This document shows positions 19,696 through 29,323 of a stretch of DNA of 64,000 nucleotides, piece after piece. How positions within the stretch are numbered: the first letter of the stretch is position 1; each line of letters opens with the position of its first letter. This DNA comes from an uncultured virus (IMG/VR IMGVR_UViG_3300000553_000007) (Duplodnaviria; Heunggongvirae; Uroviricota; Caudoviricetes): IMG/VR virus record IMGVR_UViG_3300000553_000007; one strand, written 5' to 3'. The notes under the pieces are model-generated. The model worked only from the letters and a program-made list of their open reading frames with translations, searched no databases and was not told where the DNA came from. Position numbers and translations under genes: made by a program.

Positions 19696-21312
19696 TTATC
19701 GTAAAAGCCACGTTAAAGACGTAACATCTCCCGGTTTACCTCCTGTTTTCATTTGCCAGTAATCCCTACCAGTCGATTGCATACCAGCTTTATAGACTGG
19801 AGTTGCGGTATTGTTTTGACTAACGTGTATTTTATCTAACATAGTTTTAGTCAAGAGAATACCATCTGAACGCAGTCTTAGTGCGGTATCTCTAACCCAA
19901 AGCCCGATAGCGAATGACATTACCAAATCATCATTATAATTCTCAGCTGCTTGGGCCTTACCATTATCCCAAATAAATGTCTTTAATTCTTCGATTAATC
20001 TTGATGAATGAATAATAACCGACCTTTCTCTAAAATATGCCTCCATCTTTGAAATAATAACCGGCCTTGTACTGATGGTGGTTGTAAATCCTGGTTTCAA
20101 CTTTTTGTCTTCTGCGTTGAATCGATTGGTAAGTTGTCTGTGGACTTCAATGATTTTCAAATCCAAACTACTATAAAATGTGTTTTTATACTCACGGTCG
20201 ATGATTTGTTGTAATACTGCTGGCCCGAGTCCGTTATATTCTACAATCAACAAGGCATCGTTGTATTTTGTGGACATAATTACAAGTTCATTGCCGAAGT
20301 CTTTCATTGATAGTTGGCCGTGATATTCGGCAACCTGTTCCAAAGTATCTACATCGATGATATGAGCTGCGGAGTAATCTAAACCATCACCACGAGCAGG
20401 GTCTGCGCAAGTAATATAACTATGGCCGTCTTCCGGTTGTTTAAATATCCACCATTCTTCGCCTCGGTATGCCTCTATCCTGTCAAAAATCATTTCTGGA
20501 TTTTCTTCATATTCTTTAAGAATCATCAAATCTACAACGTTAGTTCCTGATGACAAGAAATCGCAGTCACACTCCTGATTGGCTCCCTTTACGCCTAATT
20601 GTTTCGTCTGCTCATCTCTCCAATGTTGATTACGTTCAGGATGTAATTGCCAAGGAAGTTTCAATGTCGTAAAATCGTTCTTCTTCTTCTCGGCATTTAC
20701 CCACATCTTATGGAACCAATTACCAACACCGTTAGGAGTAGAAAGAACAATGGCTCTACCACCAGTCGAAAGGGTATTATAACACGAAGTCCAAATATCT
20801 TCTGCTTCGTCGATGAATGCCGCTTCGTCGATAATCAAAAGACTCAACGCCTTAGAACGGCCGGCGTCTCTGGATGATGAAGTAGCAGCCACCTGCGAAC
20901 CATTTTCAAACCTAAGAGACATATGATTGTTAGTAGTTTCTTTTACCTTCAACCACGATGGTAAGTGTTCATTGGCAAAACGAACTTTAGTTACAATTTC
21001 CTTTGAAACTTCTTGTTTGATGGAAATAATAAGAACGCTCTTATCACTATTAAAAATCGACAACCATAAAGAATATGCGGCCACTAATGTAGTAATACCC
21101 AATTGACGAGATTTTAAAATTAAAAGGAATCTATCATCATGAAAATGTTGAAGTGCGTCCTCTTGAAATGGAAATAAATTAAAGGGTATAGTTCCCTTAT
21201 TTGGATGTTGAATTTTAACATACTTTCGCATGAAATATATCGGGTCTTCCATGCATTTTTTAGTTTCTTCACGTATTACATCTCTTAAATTTAATTTCGG
21301 TTGGGTCGACAT
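19696..21312 (-). CDS. Terminase large subunit, T4 gp17-like
   Basis: LKSRQLGITT Walker A region, LIIDEAAF Walker B, STPNG, and nuclease motifs ADPARG and NDDLVM. Confidence 0.95.
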   Translation of the reverse strand: MSTQPKLNLRDVIREETKKCMEDPIYFMRKYVKIQHPNKGTIPFNLFPFQEDALQHFHDDRFLLILKSRQLGITTLVAAYSLWLSIFNSDKSVLIISIKQEVSKEIVTKVRFANEHLPSWLKVKETTNNHMSLRFENGSQVAATSSSRDAGRSKALSLLIIDEAAFIDEAEDIWTSCYNTLSTGGRAIVLSTPNGVGNWFHKMWVNAEKKKNDFTTLKLPWQLHPERNQHWRDEQTKQLGVKGANQECDCDFLSSGTNVVDLMILKEYEENPEMIFDRIEAYRGEEWWIFKQPEDGHSYITCADPARGDGLDYSAAHIIDVDTLEQVAEYHGQLSMKDFGNELVIMSTKYNDALLIVEYNGLGPAVLQQIIDREYKNTFYSSLDLKIIEVHRQLTNRFNAEDKKLKPGFTTTISTRPVIISKMEAYFRERSVIIHSSRLIEELKTFIWDNGKAQAAENYNDDLVMSFAIGLWVRDTALRLRSDGILLTKTMLDKIHVSQNNTATPVYKAGMQSTGRDYWQMKTGGKPGDVTSLTWLLR

Positions 21313-21313
21313 A

Positions 21314-21931
21314 TTATTTCTTCAATGACAATTCAAATTCATCTATCTCTTCGGTTATAGTCTTTAATTCGACATCAACCTTAACCAAATCCAATTCAGC
21401 ATCAGGCAACCACTGAGGATTTGATGTTCCTGAAAATGTTATCTCAGTACCATCAGGCAACGATTCTTTTATTTTTCCAGTTTCATTTTGTAGAAAATGA
21501 ATCGCTTCTAAAACTTTTTCTCTAAAATCTTTTAATACCCCACGTCTATTTTTAAGGAGTTTCATCTTTTCATAATTGTCCCATTTTCCTGTAAGACGAT
21601 ACACCATCTCTTCTTTTTCTAAACAATCATAACATTTACTAGTTCTAGGAAATACTTTTTTATCTAATTTATTTCCAAAGACTCTAACGTTCATACCACA
21701 ATCCGAACATTTCGATGCTGTATTAATAGCATCAATCATAGGAGTATCAGTAGAACTCATTGGCTCTTTTCTACCATTCTTTTTAGTCCACTTTTTACCT
21801 TTAGAATCTTTCCATACATCGCCTTCTTTTCGTTTTTGATTAGATTCCGGGGTATACCCCACTTGAATGAATGGATTTTCTCCATCAACAACTTGTTTAA
21901 TAGTTTCTATATTCCAACGTCTTCTAGCCAT
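21314..21931 (-). CDS. Hypothetical protein with CxxC motifs, upstream of the terminase
   Basis: KEGDVW...W..KNG, CSDC and CYDC. Confidence 0.6.
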   Translation of the reverse strand: MARRRWNIETIKQVVDGENPFIQVGYTPESNQKRKEGDVWKDSKGKKWTKKNGRKEPMSSTDTPMIDAINTASKCSDCGMNVRVFGNKLDKKVFPRTSKCYDCLEKEEMVYRLTGKWDNYEKMKLLKNRRGVLKDFREKVLEAIHFLQNETGKIKESLPDGTEITFSGTSNPQWLPDAELDLVKVDVELKTITEEIDEFELSLKK

Positions 21932-21992
21932 AAATTATTCCTTTGTATTATATAGTGTACGAAATAGTATTATTGTATTTATAATAAGATAG

Positions 21993-24236
21993 TTACGGAC
22001 TAGTCTCTATTTGTTTAACTCCCGCAACCCAATATATTTTTCTTCCGGCCAATGAATCATATTCCGATGCCAATGATTTTTTAGTTGTGACCGTGGTGGA
22101 CAATCTATCAGTTCCATCTCCTAAAGATAAATATAAATATGAACTATCCGATGTAATATCAACTATTGGGTCGAATACTATAGCTCCGTCAGCTCTGATA
22201 GATAACATTCTACTTTGACTTATATCTGGAATTCCTGGTCTGGCTATTATATTTGGTATGTATAAATCTCCAAATTGGATTATTGCGCTTTGCGACACAT
22301 ATAAACTTCCCGACACATGTAAATCTTGATAACTTCCTCCACCGGGAATATACGGTATTAATGTACTACCCGACGGGTCAAAATTTTGTAATGCATTTAA
22401 ATCCGAATAAATTAAATTATTATTTACGTCAAATAATTCTGCTCTAATTTGAAAACATTCGTTAGCTACACTAACGGGCCAAGGGATTCTAGTGGTATAT
22501 ACATCAGGAGAAAATCCATCGTCTCCGAACACACTAAATGAGATATTTTTAATATATGCATTACACAATGTAGGGACTACCACCAACGTACCATACAAAT
22601 CTGACTTCGGTGTATAGAACGTGTAAACATCAGTAAAATCTACAATAGAACTGCTTTGATTGGCTTGTAATTCTGCAATTTTTATTCCATATTGAGTTGT
22701 ATACGCCGGGTCTTTGGAGGCTGCCGGTACCGAACTTGTAAAATAAAATGTCAGATTAGCATTTGTCTCGGCTGGATTTTTATTTATTACTGCGGAAATA
22801 TCAATTGCATATTGAACGTTAGCTTTCATGAACATGAAATTCGAATCATATGCAGAGCCGGATTCTGATAAAAATTGATTGACGTCGAATGGAACATAAT
22901 TAGCATCTCTATTAGTTGCCACCGAATCGTTTTTTACCATGAAATAGTCTTTGCCTGTCGGAGGAATTGACGCCGACATATACATACTATCTACGGCATA
23001 ACTAGGAGAATGCACCAATGACAAATTATTGGAACTGGTGAACCAGTATCGAGCTATATGTTGACTATTATAAAATTTACCTAATATCTCATAAAATTTA
23101 TTTTGAGACAACGCATCTAGTAGTATTTGGTTTGTGGATATTGGTTCATCTGATATGACTGTGAAGTCGGCTCCAGATAATAAACTCCTTCTATATATTT
23201 TATGACGGGCCACATATCCGGAAAATGTTCTGATATTTCTATAAGTTATATCGGCGTATGACTGTTTTACTATATAAGTTACTCCACCGATTGTAGTTGT
23301 TTGATAGCTAGATGTAGCATTGTTATAATTTATGAATGGATACTGTATAGAAAAATTTGCATTTGTAATATTAGTAACGGAATTATTTCCGAATGAATCC
23401 GTATAATAATACGGCATATCAATTTGAATAGTATTATTACTTATGACATTCTTGATTACATATGATGCGGTCTGAGACACTGCGATATCGGCGTGTGATA
23501 TCGGAGACTTTATAGTATTTATGTTAAGATGTACAGTTGCGCCGACCATTTGAGAATTGAAGGCATTATAGTCAGGAGTCCCGTTTGTCACTATAGGAGT
23601 AATTAGAGTTAATCTATAATCTACATCGGTTGTAGCTTTATTCACATTTGTAAAATTTACATTCGATGTAGGATTTATCGCTAAACCGTTGATAGTTCCT
23701 GTAAAGTTCTCATTACTTACGAGTCCGGATGAAACCACAGAACTAAGAATCGGTATTTCAGCCGAATCTACCTCTATGATTGGGGATTGATAAAATCTAG
23801 CTCTTGAGTGATTTTTTAGAGCTTTATTAATGGTTATGTTTTGTATCCACTTAACAGACCTACCATCAACGAGAGTTCCGTATAGAATTACTTTGCCTAC
23901 ACCGTCTGCCGTATCATTATATACGTGAATGGAGAAAACGTGTGAAGTAGCTTCTTTATAAGCGGCTGCGTTGGTCACATCCGAATACGTGGCCATTTCT
24001 ATGAAAAGATTCTTTCCGGTGGAATCCAGACATTCTATCAAAATTTCTCCACCATTAACTAAAAACGAAGAACCGTTCGCCGCAAACGAATTTTTACCAG
24101 CGGCGAACGTTGGATTGAATTCGGATACTACGAAGTATCGTGAAAGATACTCCGTATCAATTACATCGGCGTGCGCCGTATATAATCCATATGATACGCC
24201 TTTTGCGCCAAAACTGTCCAATAGGTTTAATGCCAT
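21993..24236 (-). CDS. Putative virion structural protein
   Basis: 747-aa protein rich in S/T/N/Y, with a TATTTATA motif just upstream. Confidence 0.55.
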   Translation of the reverse strand: MALNLLDSFGAKGVSYGLYTAHADVIDTEYLSRYFVVSEFNPTFAAGKNSFAANGSSFLVNGGEILIECLDSTGKNLFIEMATYSDVTNAAAYKEATSHVFSIHVYNDTADGVGKVILYGTLVDGRSVKWIQNITINKALKNHSRARFYQSPIIEVDSAEIPILSSVVSSGLVSNENFTGTINGLAINPTSNVNFTNVNKATTDVDYRLTLITPIVTNGTPDYNAFNSQMVGATVHLNINTIKSPISHADIAVSQTASYVIKNVISNNTIQIDMPYYYTDSFGNNSVTNITNANFSIQYPFINYNNATSSYQTTTIGGVTYIVKQSYADITYRNIRTFSGYVARHKIYRRSLLSGADFTVISDEPISTNQILLDALSQNKFYEILGKFYNSQHIARYWFTSSNNLSLVHSPSYAVDSMYMSASIPPTGKDYFMVKNDSVATNRDANYVPFDVNQFLSESGSAYDSNFMFMKANVQYAIDISAVINKNPAETNANLTFYFTSSVPAASKDPAYTTQYGIKIAELQANQSSSIVDFTDVYTFYTPKSDLYGTLVVVPTLCNAYIKNISFSVFGDDGFSPDVYTTRIPWPVSVANECFQIRAELFDVNNNLIYSDLNALQNFDPSGSTLIPYIPGGGSYQDLHVSGSLYVSQSAIIQFGDLYIPNIIARPGIPDISQSRMLSIRADGAIVFDPIVDITSDSSYLYLSLGDGTDRLSTTVTTKKSLASEYDSLAGRKIYWVAGVKQIETSP

Positions 24237-24253
24237 GCCTATAAATAGGCATA

Positions 24254-27200
24254 TTACGTGAAATTGACCTTGGAAAATCCGTTATCTTTGGTTATTTCTA
24301 TATGATTGTCAACCACATCCCTTAGAGCCTCAAGGTGAGACACTATCATAATAAAGTCAAAATGGCTCTTTAAGTATCCAAATAACGAACTCATTTGGGT
24401 CATATTCTCCGCGTCTAGAACCCCGAACCCCTCGTCTATGATAAGGAAGTTCGGTCTTGGTAGGTTTGATATGTTAATCAACGCCACACGGATAGCCAGA
24501 GACAAGGCGAACTTCTCAAATCCACTCGTCAAACTCATTAACCACTGCCCGTCATCATAAACTATGTAAGGTATGATGTTCTTACCGTCAGTCTCAAATA
24601 AAGCAGTAAACTCACTAATCTGACTCAAGATACTGTTAACTTCATTCTGAATCTCTGGAACTGTGGCAGTAATCACTTCAAATGGAATTCCATCACGGCT
24701 AACCGCTTGGCAGTAGATTTCATAAAGTTTGTGTTCTTCTTCGACGAGTTTAATCTTTGAAATAGTATTATTTATATCATTTATTTGATTCTTACATACG
24801 GACATTTTACTATTAATATCCATTAACGTTTTAGTCTTGGTTTTATATGAATATTCAACTTGAACCAATTCTTTTTCATATTCTACAATCTGTTTTTTGA
24901 CATCATCATTAAACGTCATTGACTCTATGTTCTTGTTATAGAGTTCAATATTCTGATTATGTTTTTTTACTTCGTCTTCTAATTTAGACAAATTTCTTCT
25001 CAATGAATTGACTCCATCAGTCAATTTTATTCTATTATCCTTCAACGTATTTCGTTTAGATAATAATCCCAACAGTGTCAAATTAGCATCAAACGCCCAT
25101 CGGGAGCTCTCTATTTTAGACTCAATTTCATCCAATTTGGTCTTAATTTCAGATGCATCTACTTGAATTTTTTCCATTCTTTCCTTTGCATCTTTGGCAT
25201 CCTGCGCAATTGACCCAGCGTGTTTTACGCAAAATTCGCAGTCAGGATTGTAATCGATATCTCTCGCCCTATCAAAAATTTTCACATCTCGTAGGTAACT
25301 TGTCTTCAATTGTTCACGTTTATCGTTTATGTTTTTTTGGTCTAATTGAAGCATTCTAAACTGAGCCGACAGTTCGGAAACGTCCTTTGATTCGAGGTTG
25401 GCTATCTCCGATTCGACTTGTACTAGTTGCGCAGATACAATTTCAATGCCTAACTCCCTATTAGAAATGTCCTTCTTTGAATCGTTAAAAACGAGTTCGG
25501 CCTTCTGTAACATCATTTGGCTGTATCCCAACATTGGAATATCACCATCAATCTTAATGAGTTTCTTGGTCGTTTCGAGGACGGATTGTTGAATCAAATC
25601 ACGTCTCTTGCCTACCTCAACCAACGACAATTGTTCCGATTCATACAATAATTCGGCTTGTTCCAAGAAGTTCTGATACTCTAGAATTTTACTCGTATAG
25701 TCATCGTTACGATAGGTCTTAATCATTACTAACAGTTCTTTTAGACGGTCATTACCCTCGGTATAGAGTCTATCGAAGACGGTAAGACCCATGAATTGAG
25801 CGAACAAATCCTTTCTATCCGAGTCGCCCATATCGATGATTGATGCATTGTTTTTACCATTTTGAACGCTTAAAGAGGTCAATACGAAATCATCATATGA
25901 CCCTAAATACTCCCTAATTACCTCATTTGTATTGCGTCTTTGTTCGCCATTTAGGTCAATTTCTTCTCCGTTTTCAATCTTCCAAAACTTGACATCGACC
26001 TTAGCTTTACCCTTCTTATCGGTCTTAGCATCACGTTTTATGAAGTATCTTTTACCGTCCAATTCGAACTCAAATTTACAACTAAACGTCGCTTTTTTGT
26101 CGTTCATTATGTTTTTAGCGCTGGACGCACGTTCACATTTGTCGAACAAACAGAACGTTAAAGCGGAGAAAATACTTGATTTTCCGGAGGTATTAGACGC
26201 AAATAAACCAACCAAATCCTTCGTTTTTGTGAAGTCTATAACATTCCCTTCAGCATAAGAAAACATATTTTCCCACTCAAATTTGATAGGAATCCAACGA
26301 ATGTTCCTTGCGAATTCATCCTTTTTGACCACGTTATTTACATCATTATTTATCTTAATCACTCCATCGATTGTGGTTTGGTCAATCACGTTTAACTTCG
26401 TTTTCAAGTAATCTGTAATGAGTGTGGTCTGATAATCCTTATCATTAATGTCACCTAAAACGATATTTCCGTTAGCTGATGGTATCCTCGTAAGAGACTT
26501 TGTAGTATCCAATTTTTGATAAGATACTTCAACGACGTCGGTTAATCCTTTTACATAAACAACTGCCGCCTTTATTTCGGATGGTGTACAATCATCATGT
26601 TGAATACGAATTCTAGCCTTCTTTGGAATGTTTGTGGTGTTGGTGAGTATTTTCCCATGTTTAACTAATACACTAAAAAATCCATAATCATTCGGTATTT
26701 CTATATGAGAACATTCTTTTCTTGATAGGTTCCAAAATGAGTAACCGTGACCATTCAACGGCTCATCGTGTTTTTGTTGAATCATCGAACCGCAGTAATG
26801 GATGATAGGATTTCCCAATTGTTCATCACATGATTGTAAATCTTGGATTTTATGAATATCTCCCAATAAGGCCATATCATGATTATCGAACATATTAACC
26901 TTTACGAGAGGATTTATGAGTTTAAATCCGAGGTCAGTGACCGTACCATCTACTTGACCGTGATATGTGGCAATAAAGTATTCATATTTATTTCTATATA
27001 TCTCAGGAATATCAATGCCCTTTAAATATTTGTCTGTAGAATCGAACACACTATAATTATTTATACAAATATTACCAATACTAAATAATCCGGACGTTTT
27101 AAGATAAAATAAATTTGGATGGTTCAAAGCGGTTACTATAGGACTCAAACTATCCATTCTATGTCTATTGGTTAAATTCGTATCATGGTTGCCGGCGATT

Positions 27201-27463
27201 AAAATGGTAGGTCTAAGATTAGCTGCCTCTCTCAAAAACTCAGCGGCCAAATCAACACATTCAGGACTCAAATCCAATTTACTATTTACAACATCTCCTA
27301 GAATGAAAATTGCCGTGGTTTTTGGTGAATTGTAAACGTCCTCAAAAAATTTGTGGAATACCGTCTTATATTCATCGTGGCGGCGAGTTAATCGAATGTG
27401 AATATCTGCAACGTGAATTATGTGACTAAATTTTAGATTGGATTGAAGCTGAGTTATTGCCAT
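24254..27463 (-). CDS. Fused Mre11/SbcD nuclease and Rad50/SbcC ATPase (gp47-gp46-like)
   Basis: Phosphoesterase motifs DIH, GD, GNHD, GDIH and GS, then Walker A NTSGKSS, a coiled coil with a CEFC hook, signature SGFE, Walker B IIDEGFG.LD and VSH, all in one ORF. Confidence 0.92.
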   Translation of the reverse strand: MAITQLQSNLKFSHIIHVADIHIRLTRRHDEYKTVFHKFFEDVYNSPKTTAIFILGDVVNSKLDLSPECVDLAAEFLREAANLRPTILIAGNHDTNLTNRHRMDSLSPIVTALNHPNLFYLKTSGLFSIGNICINNYSVFDSTDKYLKGIDIPEIYRNKYEYFIATYHGQVDGTVTDLGFKLINPLVKVNMFDNHDMALLGDIHKIQDLQSCDEQLGNPIIHYCGSMIQQKHDEPLNGHGYSFWNLSRKECSHIEIPNDYGFFSVLVKHGKILTNTTNIPKKARIRIQHDDCTPSEIKAAVVYVKGLTDVVEVSYQKLDTTKSLTRIPSANGNIVLGDINDKDYQTTLITDYLKTKLNVIDQTTIDGVIKINNDVNNVVKKDEFARNIRWIPIKFEWENMFSYAEGNVIDFTKTKDLVGLFASNTSGKSSIFSALTFCLFDKCERASSAKNIMNDKKATFSCKFEFELDGKRYFIKRDAKTDKKGKAKVDVKFWKIENGEEIDLNGEQRRNTNEVIREYLGSYDDFVLTSLSVQNGKNNASIIDMGDSDRKDLFAQFMGLTVFDRLYTEGNDRLKELLVMIKTYRNDDYTSKILEYQNFLEQAELLYESEQLSLVEVGKRRDLIQQSVLETTKKLIKIDGDIPMLGYSQMMLQKAELVFNDSKKDISNRELGIEIVSAQLVQVESEIANLESKDVSELSAQFRMLQLDQKNINDKREQLKTSYLRDVKIFDRARDIDYNPDCEFCVKHAGSIAQDAKDAKERMEKIQVDASEIKTKLDEIESKIESSRWAFDANLTLLGLLSKRNTLKDNRIKLTDGVNSLRRNLSKLEDEVKKHNQNIELYNKNIESMTFNDDVKKQIVEYEKELVQVEYSYKTKTKTLMDINSKMSVCKNQINDINNTISKIKLVEEEHKLYEIYCQAVSRDGIPFEVITATVPEIQNEVNSILSQISEFTALFETDGKNIIPYIVYDDGQWLMSLTSGFEKFALSLAIRVALINISNLPRPNFLIIDEGFGVLDAENMTQMSSLFGYLKSHFDFIMIVSHLEALRDVVDNHIEITKDNGFSKVNFT

Positions 27464-27476
27464 AAATTATGATAGG

Positions 27477-28403
27477 TTACATGTTAAGTCTGGCTTTTAT
27501 TATATCACAAAAGTCAAACGGACTTGAATTATAAATTAATTCATTAATAGCTTCAAACCCTAATACTGATGGGTCTTTTTTTCCTAATTCTATTAAATGA
27601 ATGTCGATTTTATTTACTTGTAAATCTTCAATTCGGTCGAATATGTCGATGGATTGTTTTAACGCATCGTTATCCAAAACGATGTTCACTCGTTTTACTT
27701 TGTTTAAAACTATAGCCAATTTTAGTGCGAATGGCATAACAGTTCCAAATAAAGGTATCACGTTGTTTTTCACTGCTATTGCATCAAACGGTCCTTCTAC
27801 TAATGTTATCGGTTCATCCCAATTCAAAAATAATTCAAATCCTATTATATCCTTAGACCACGGCGGCAACATGTATTTCTGATAACTTGAATCATATGCT
27901 CTAGCGGCAAAGAAATTTATGTCACCGTTCTTATCAAATGATGGAATCATTACTCGATTCTCGTATATGCCGTTGTCACAATACCCGATATTATATCGAA
28001 TGATATCATCCATAGTTACATTACGGTCTTCCAGATATGACATAGCATGACCATAGCCAAACGACGACGTAGGCGTCCATAGTGGTATAAATTCATCAGG
28101 AAAACATAGATTTACCGGTCTGACATCGTTTTCTGGTTTGGACCAGTGTTGACCTACAATTTTATATAATTCTTCAAAATGACAATCTTTAGCTTTTAAT
28201 TTATAAAAAAGAGAACGAATTGATTTACCGGCGGAATTACAAATCCAACAATGCCACTCTTGGGTTCTAATATTTACTTCTAATTTCTTTTTATGATGTG
28301 AACAAAATGGACATTGATAAACCGCCTCTTCTCCTTTTCGGATATATGAGGTCTGATTTAAGACTTTATCAAGAAGAGAGAATAATTGTGACTCTTTTAG
28401 CAT
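27477..28403 (-). CDS. DNA primase (zinc finger + TOPRIM)
   Basis: CPFC...WHCWIC zinc finger; VEGPFDA, LDND and KDP TOPRIM motifs. Confidence 0.9.
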   Translation of the reverse strand: MLKESQLFSLLDKVLNQTSYIRKGEEAVYQCPFCSHHKKKLEVNIRTQEWHCWICNSAGKSIRSLFYKLKAKDCHFEELYKIVGQHWSKPENDVRPVNLCFPDEFIPLWTPTSSFGYGHAMSYLEDRNVTMDDIIRYNIGYCDNGIYENRVMIPSFDKNGDINFFAARAYDSSYQKYMLPPWSKDIIGFELFLNWDEPITLVEGPFDAIAVKNNVIPLFGTVMPFALKLAIVLNKVKRVNIVLDNDALKQSIDIFDRIEDLQVNKIDIHLIELGKKDPSVLGFEAINELIYNSSPFDFCDIIKARLNM

Positions 28404-28411
28404 TTTGGCAA

Positions 28412-28440
28412 ATACTAATCCATAAACACAACCGAGTCAA
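28412..28440 (-). promoter_or_regulatory. Sigma70-like promoter (TTGACT-N17-TAGTAT)
   Basis: Read directly, upstream of the primase start. Confidence 0.5.
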
Positions 28441-28456
28441 TTTATTATAACAGGAA

Positions 28457-28972
28457 TCACCCAAAAAGCGCACAAACACAAGCGTCGTACATATCGCTGT
28501 TATGAGCATCCCAATTACCGTCACGGTTTAATTTTTCAAATTTTGTTATGTTTGATGCCACCAATGGAATTTGTTGTTTAACATACTCTTTTGGTTTTAT
28601 GCCCTTGATTCTGGCTTTGCCGAATACCTTTTTTCTCATAGTATTAACATTACATAAAATTAATGGAAATTTAAAACTCTCACCCATCATATATTCAAAC
28701 ACAGCATTCCATCTTGATAGGGTTATGATAGTCTGCTGAGAGGTCAATCCTCCACCGAAGCCGGATAATGCGGCTTCTAGATTTGCGTGGTCGACTGATT
28801 CTATCAATGTGTGTTTAGAAAGAAAATCTATAACAAACAACCCCTTTTGTTTATTAGTTTCAATCTTTGAAATATTAAGAAATCCGGCATCTATGACTGA
28901 ACCGCTTTGTGAAAATGCCCATCCTACAGTTGAAGTGGATGCATCGATACCTAGAATCATATTTTTGGACAT
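28457..28972 (-). CDS. RuvC-like Holliday junction resolvase
   Basis: ILGIDASTSTVGW, a conserved E (NLE) and C-terminal D..DA acidic residues. Confidence 0.8.
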   Translation of the reverse strand: MSKNMILGIDASTSTVGWAFSQSGSVIDAGFLNISKIETNKQKGLFVIDFLSKHTLIESVDHANLEAALSGFGGGLTSQQTIITLSRWNAVFEYMMGESFKFPLILCNVNTMRKKVFGKARIKGIKPKEYVKQQIPLVASNITKFEKLNRDGNWDAHNSDMYDACVCALFG

Positions 28973-29029
28973 AAAAAAACTCCTTACGACAATTATACAT
29001 AGTCCATAAGAAGTCTTTTATAAGTTTAA

Positions 29030-29293
29030 TTACTTTTTATAAGGTCTTGTATCTAATCCTTTAACGTATGACGACAACCCAAGACCGTCATTTTTAAAAT
29101 CAGATTGACCTTGTTGGGCTTCTGTTGAGAATCCATTTGCGGTCTGAAATGTGGCTCCCTGATAACTTGCGGCGATTGAATCAACACCCTTTTCTATGAT
29201 ATTGCGTGCGTCGAATGCGCCACCGACTTTTTGAGTCTCGTATCTGGATGCTAGGTCGGTTGTTATTGACGGTCTTTGAATTGGTGTTGGCAT
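29030..29293 (-). CDS. Small hypothetical protein
   Basis: 87 aa, with an AAGGA ribosome-binding-like site and a TATTTATA motif upstream. Confidence 0.6.
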   Translation of the reverse strand: MPTPIQRPSITTDLASRYETQKVGGAFDARNIIEKGVDSIAASYQGATFQTANGFSTEAQQGQSDFKNDGLGLSSYVKGLDTRPYKK

Positions 29294-29323
29294 AATGTGT
29301 TATTCCTTTAATTATAAATATAG

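Noticed and set aside
17581..21312. Introns or inteins in portal or terminase
   Set aside because: Both are uninterrupted ORFs with contiguous motifs and no visible intein signatures.
28457..28972. RuvC-like gene as a TnpB/Cas12 effector
   Set aside because: Only 171 aa, no zinc finger or guide/array nearby, and it sits beside primase; it fits a Holliday junction resolvase.
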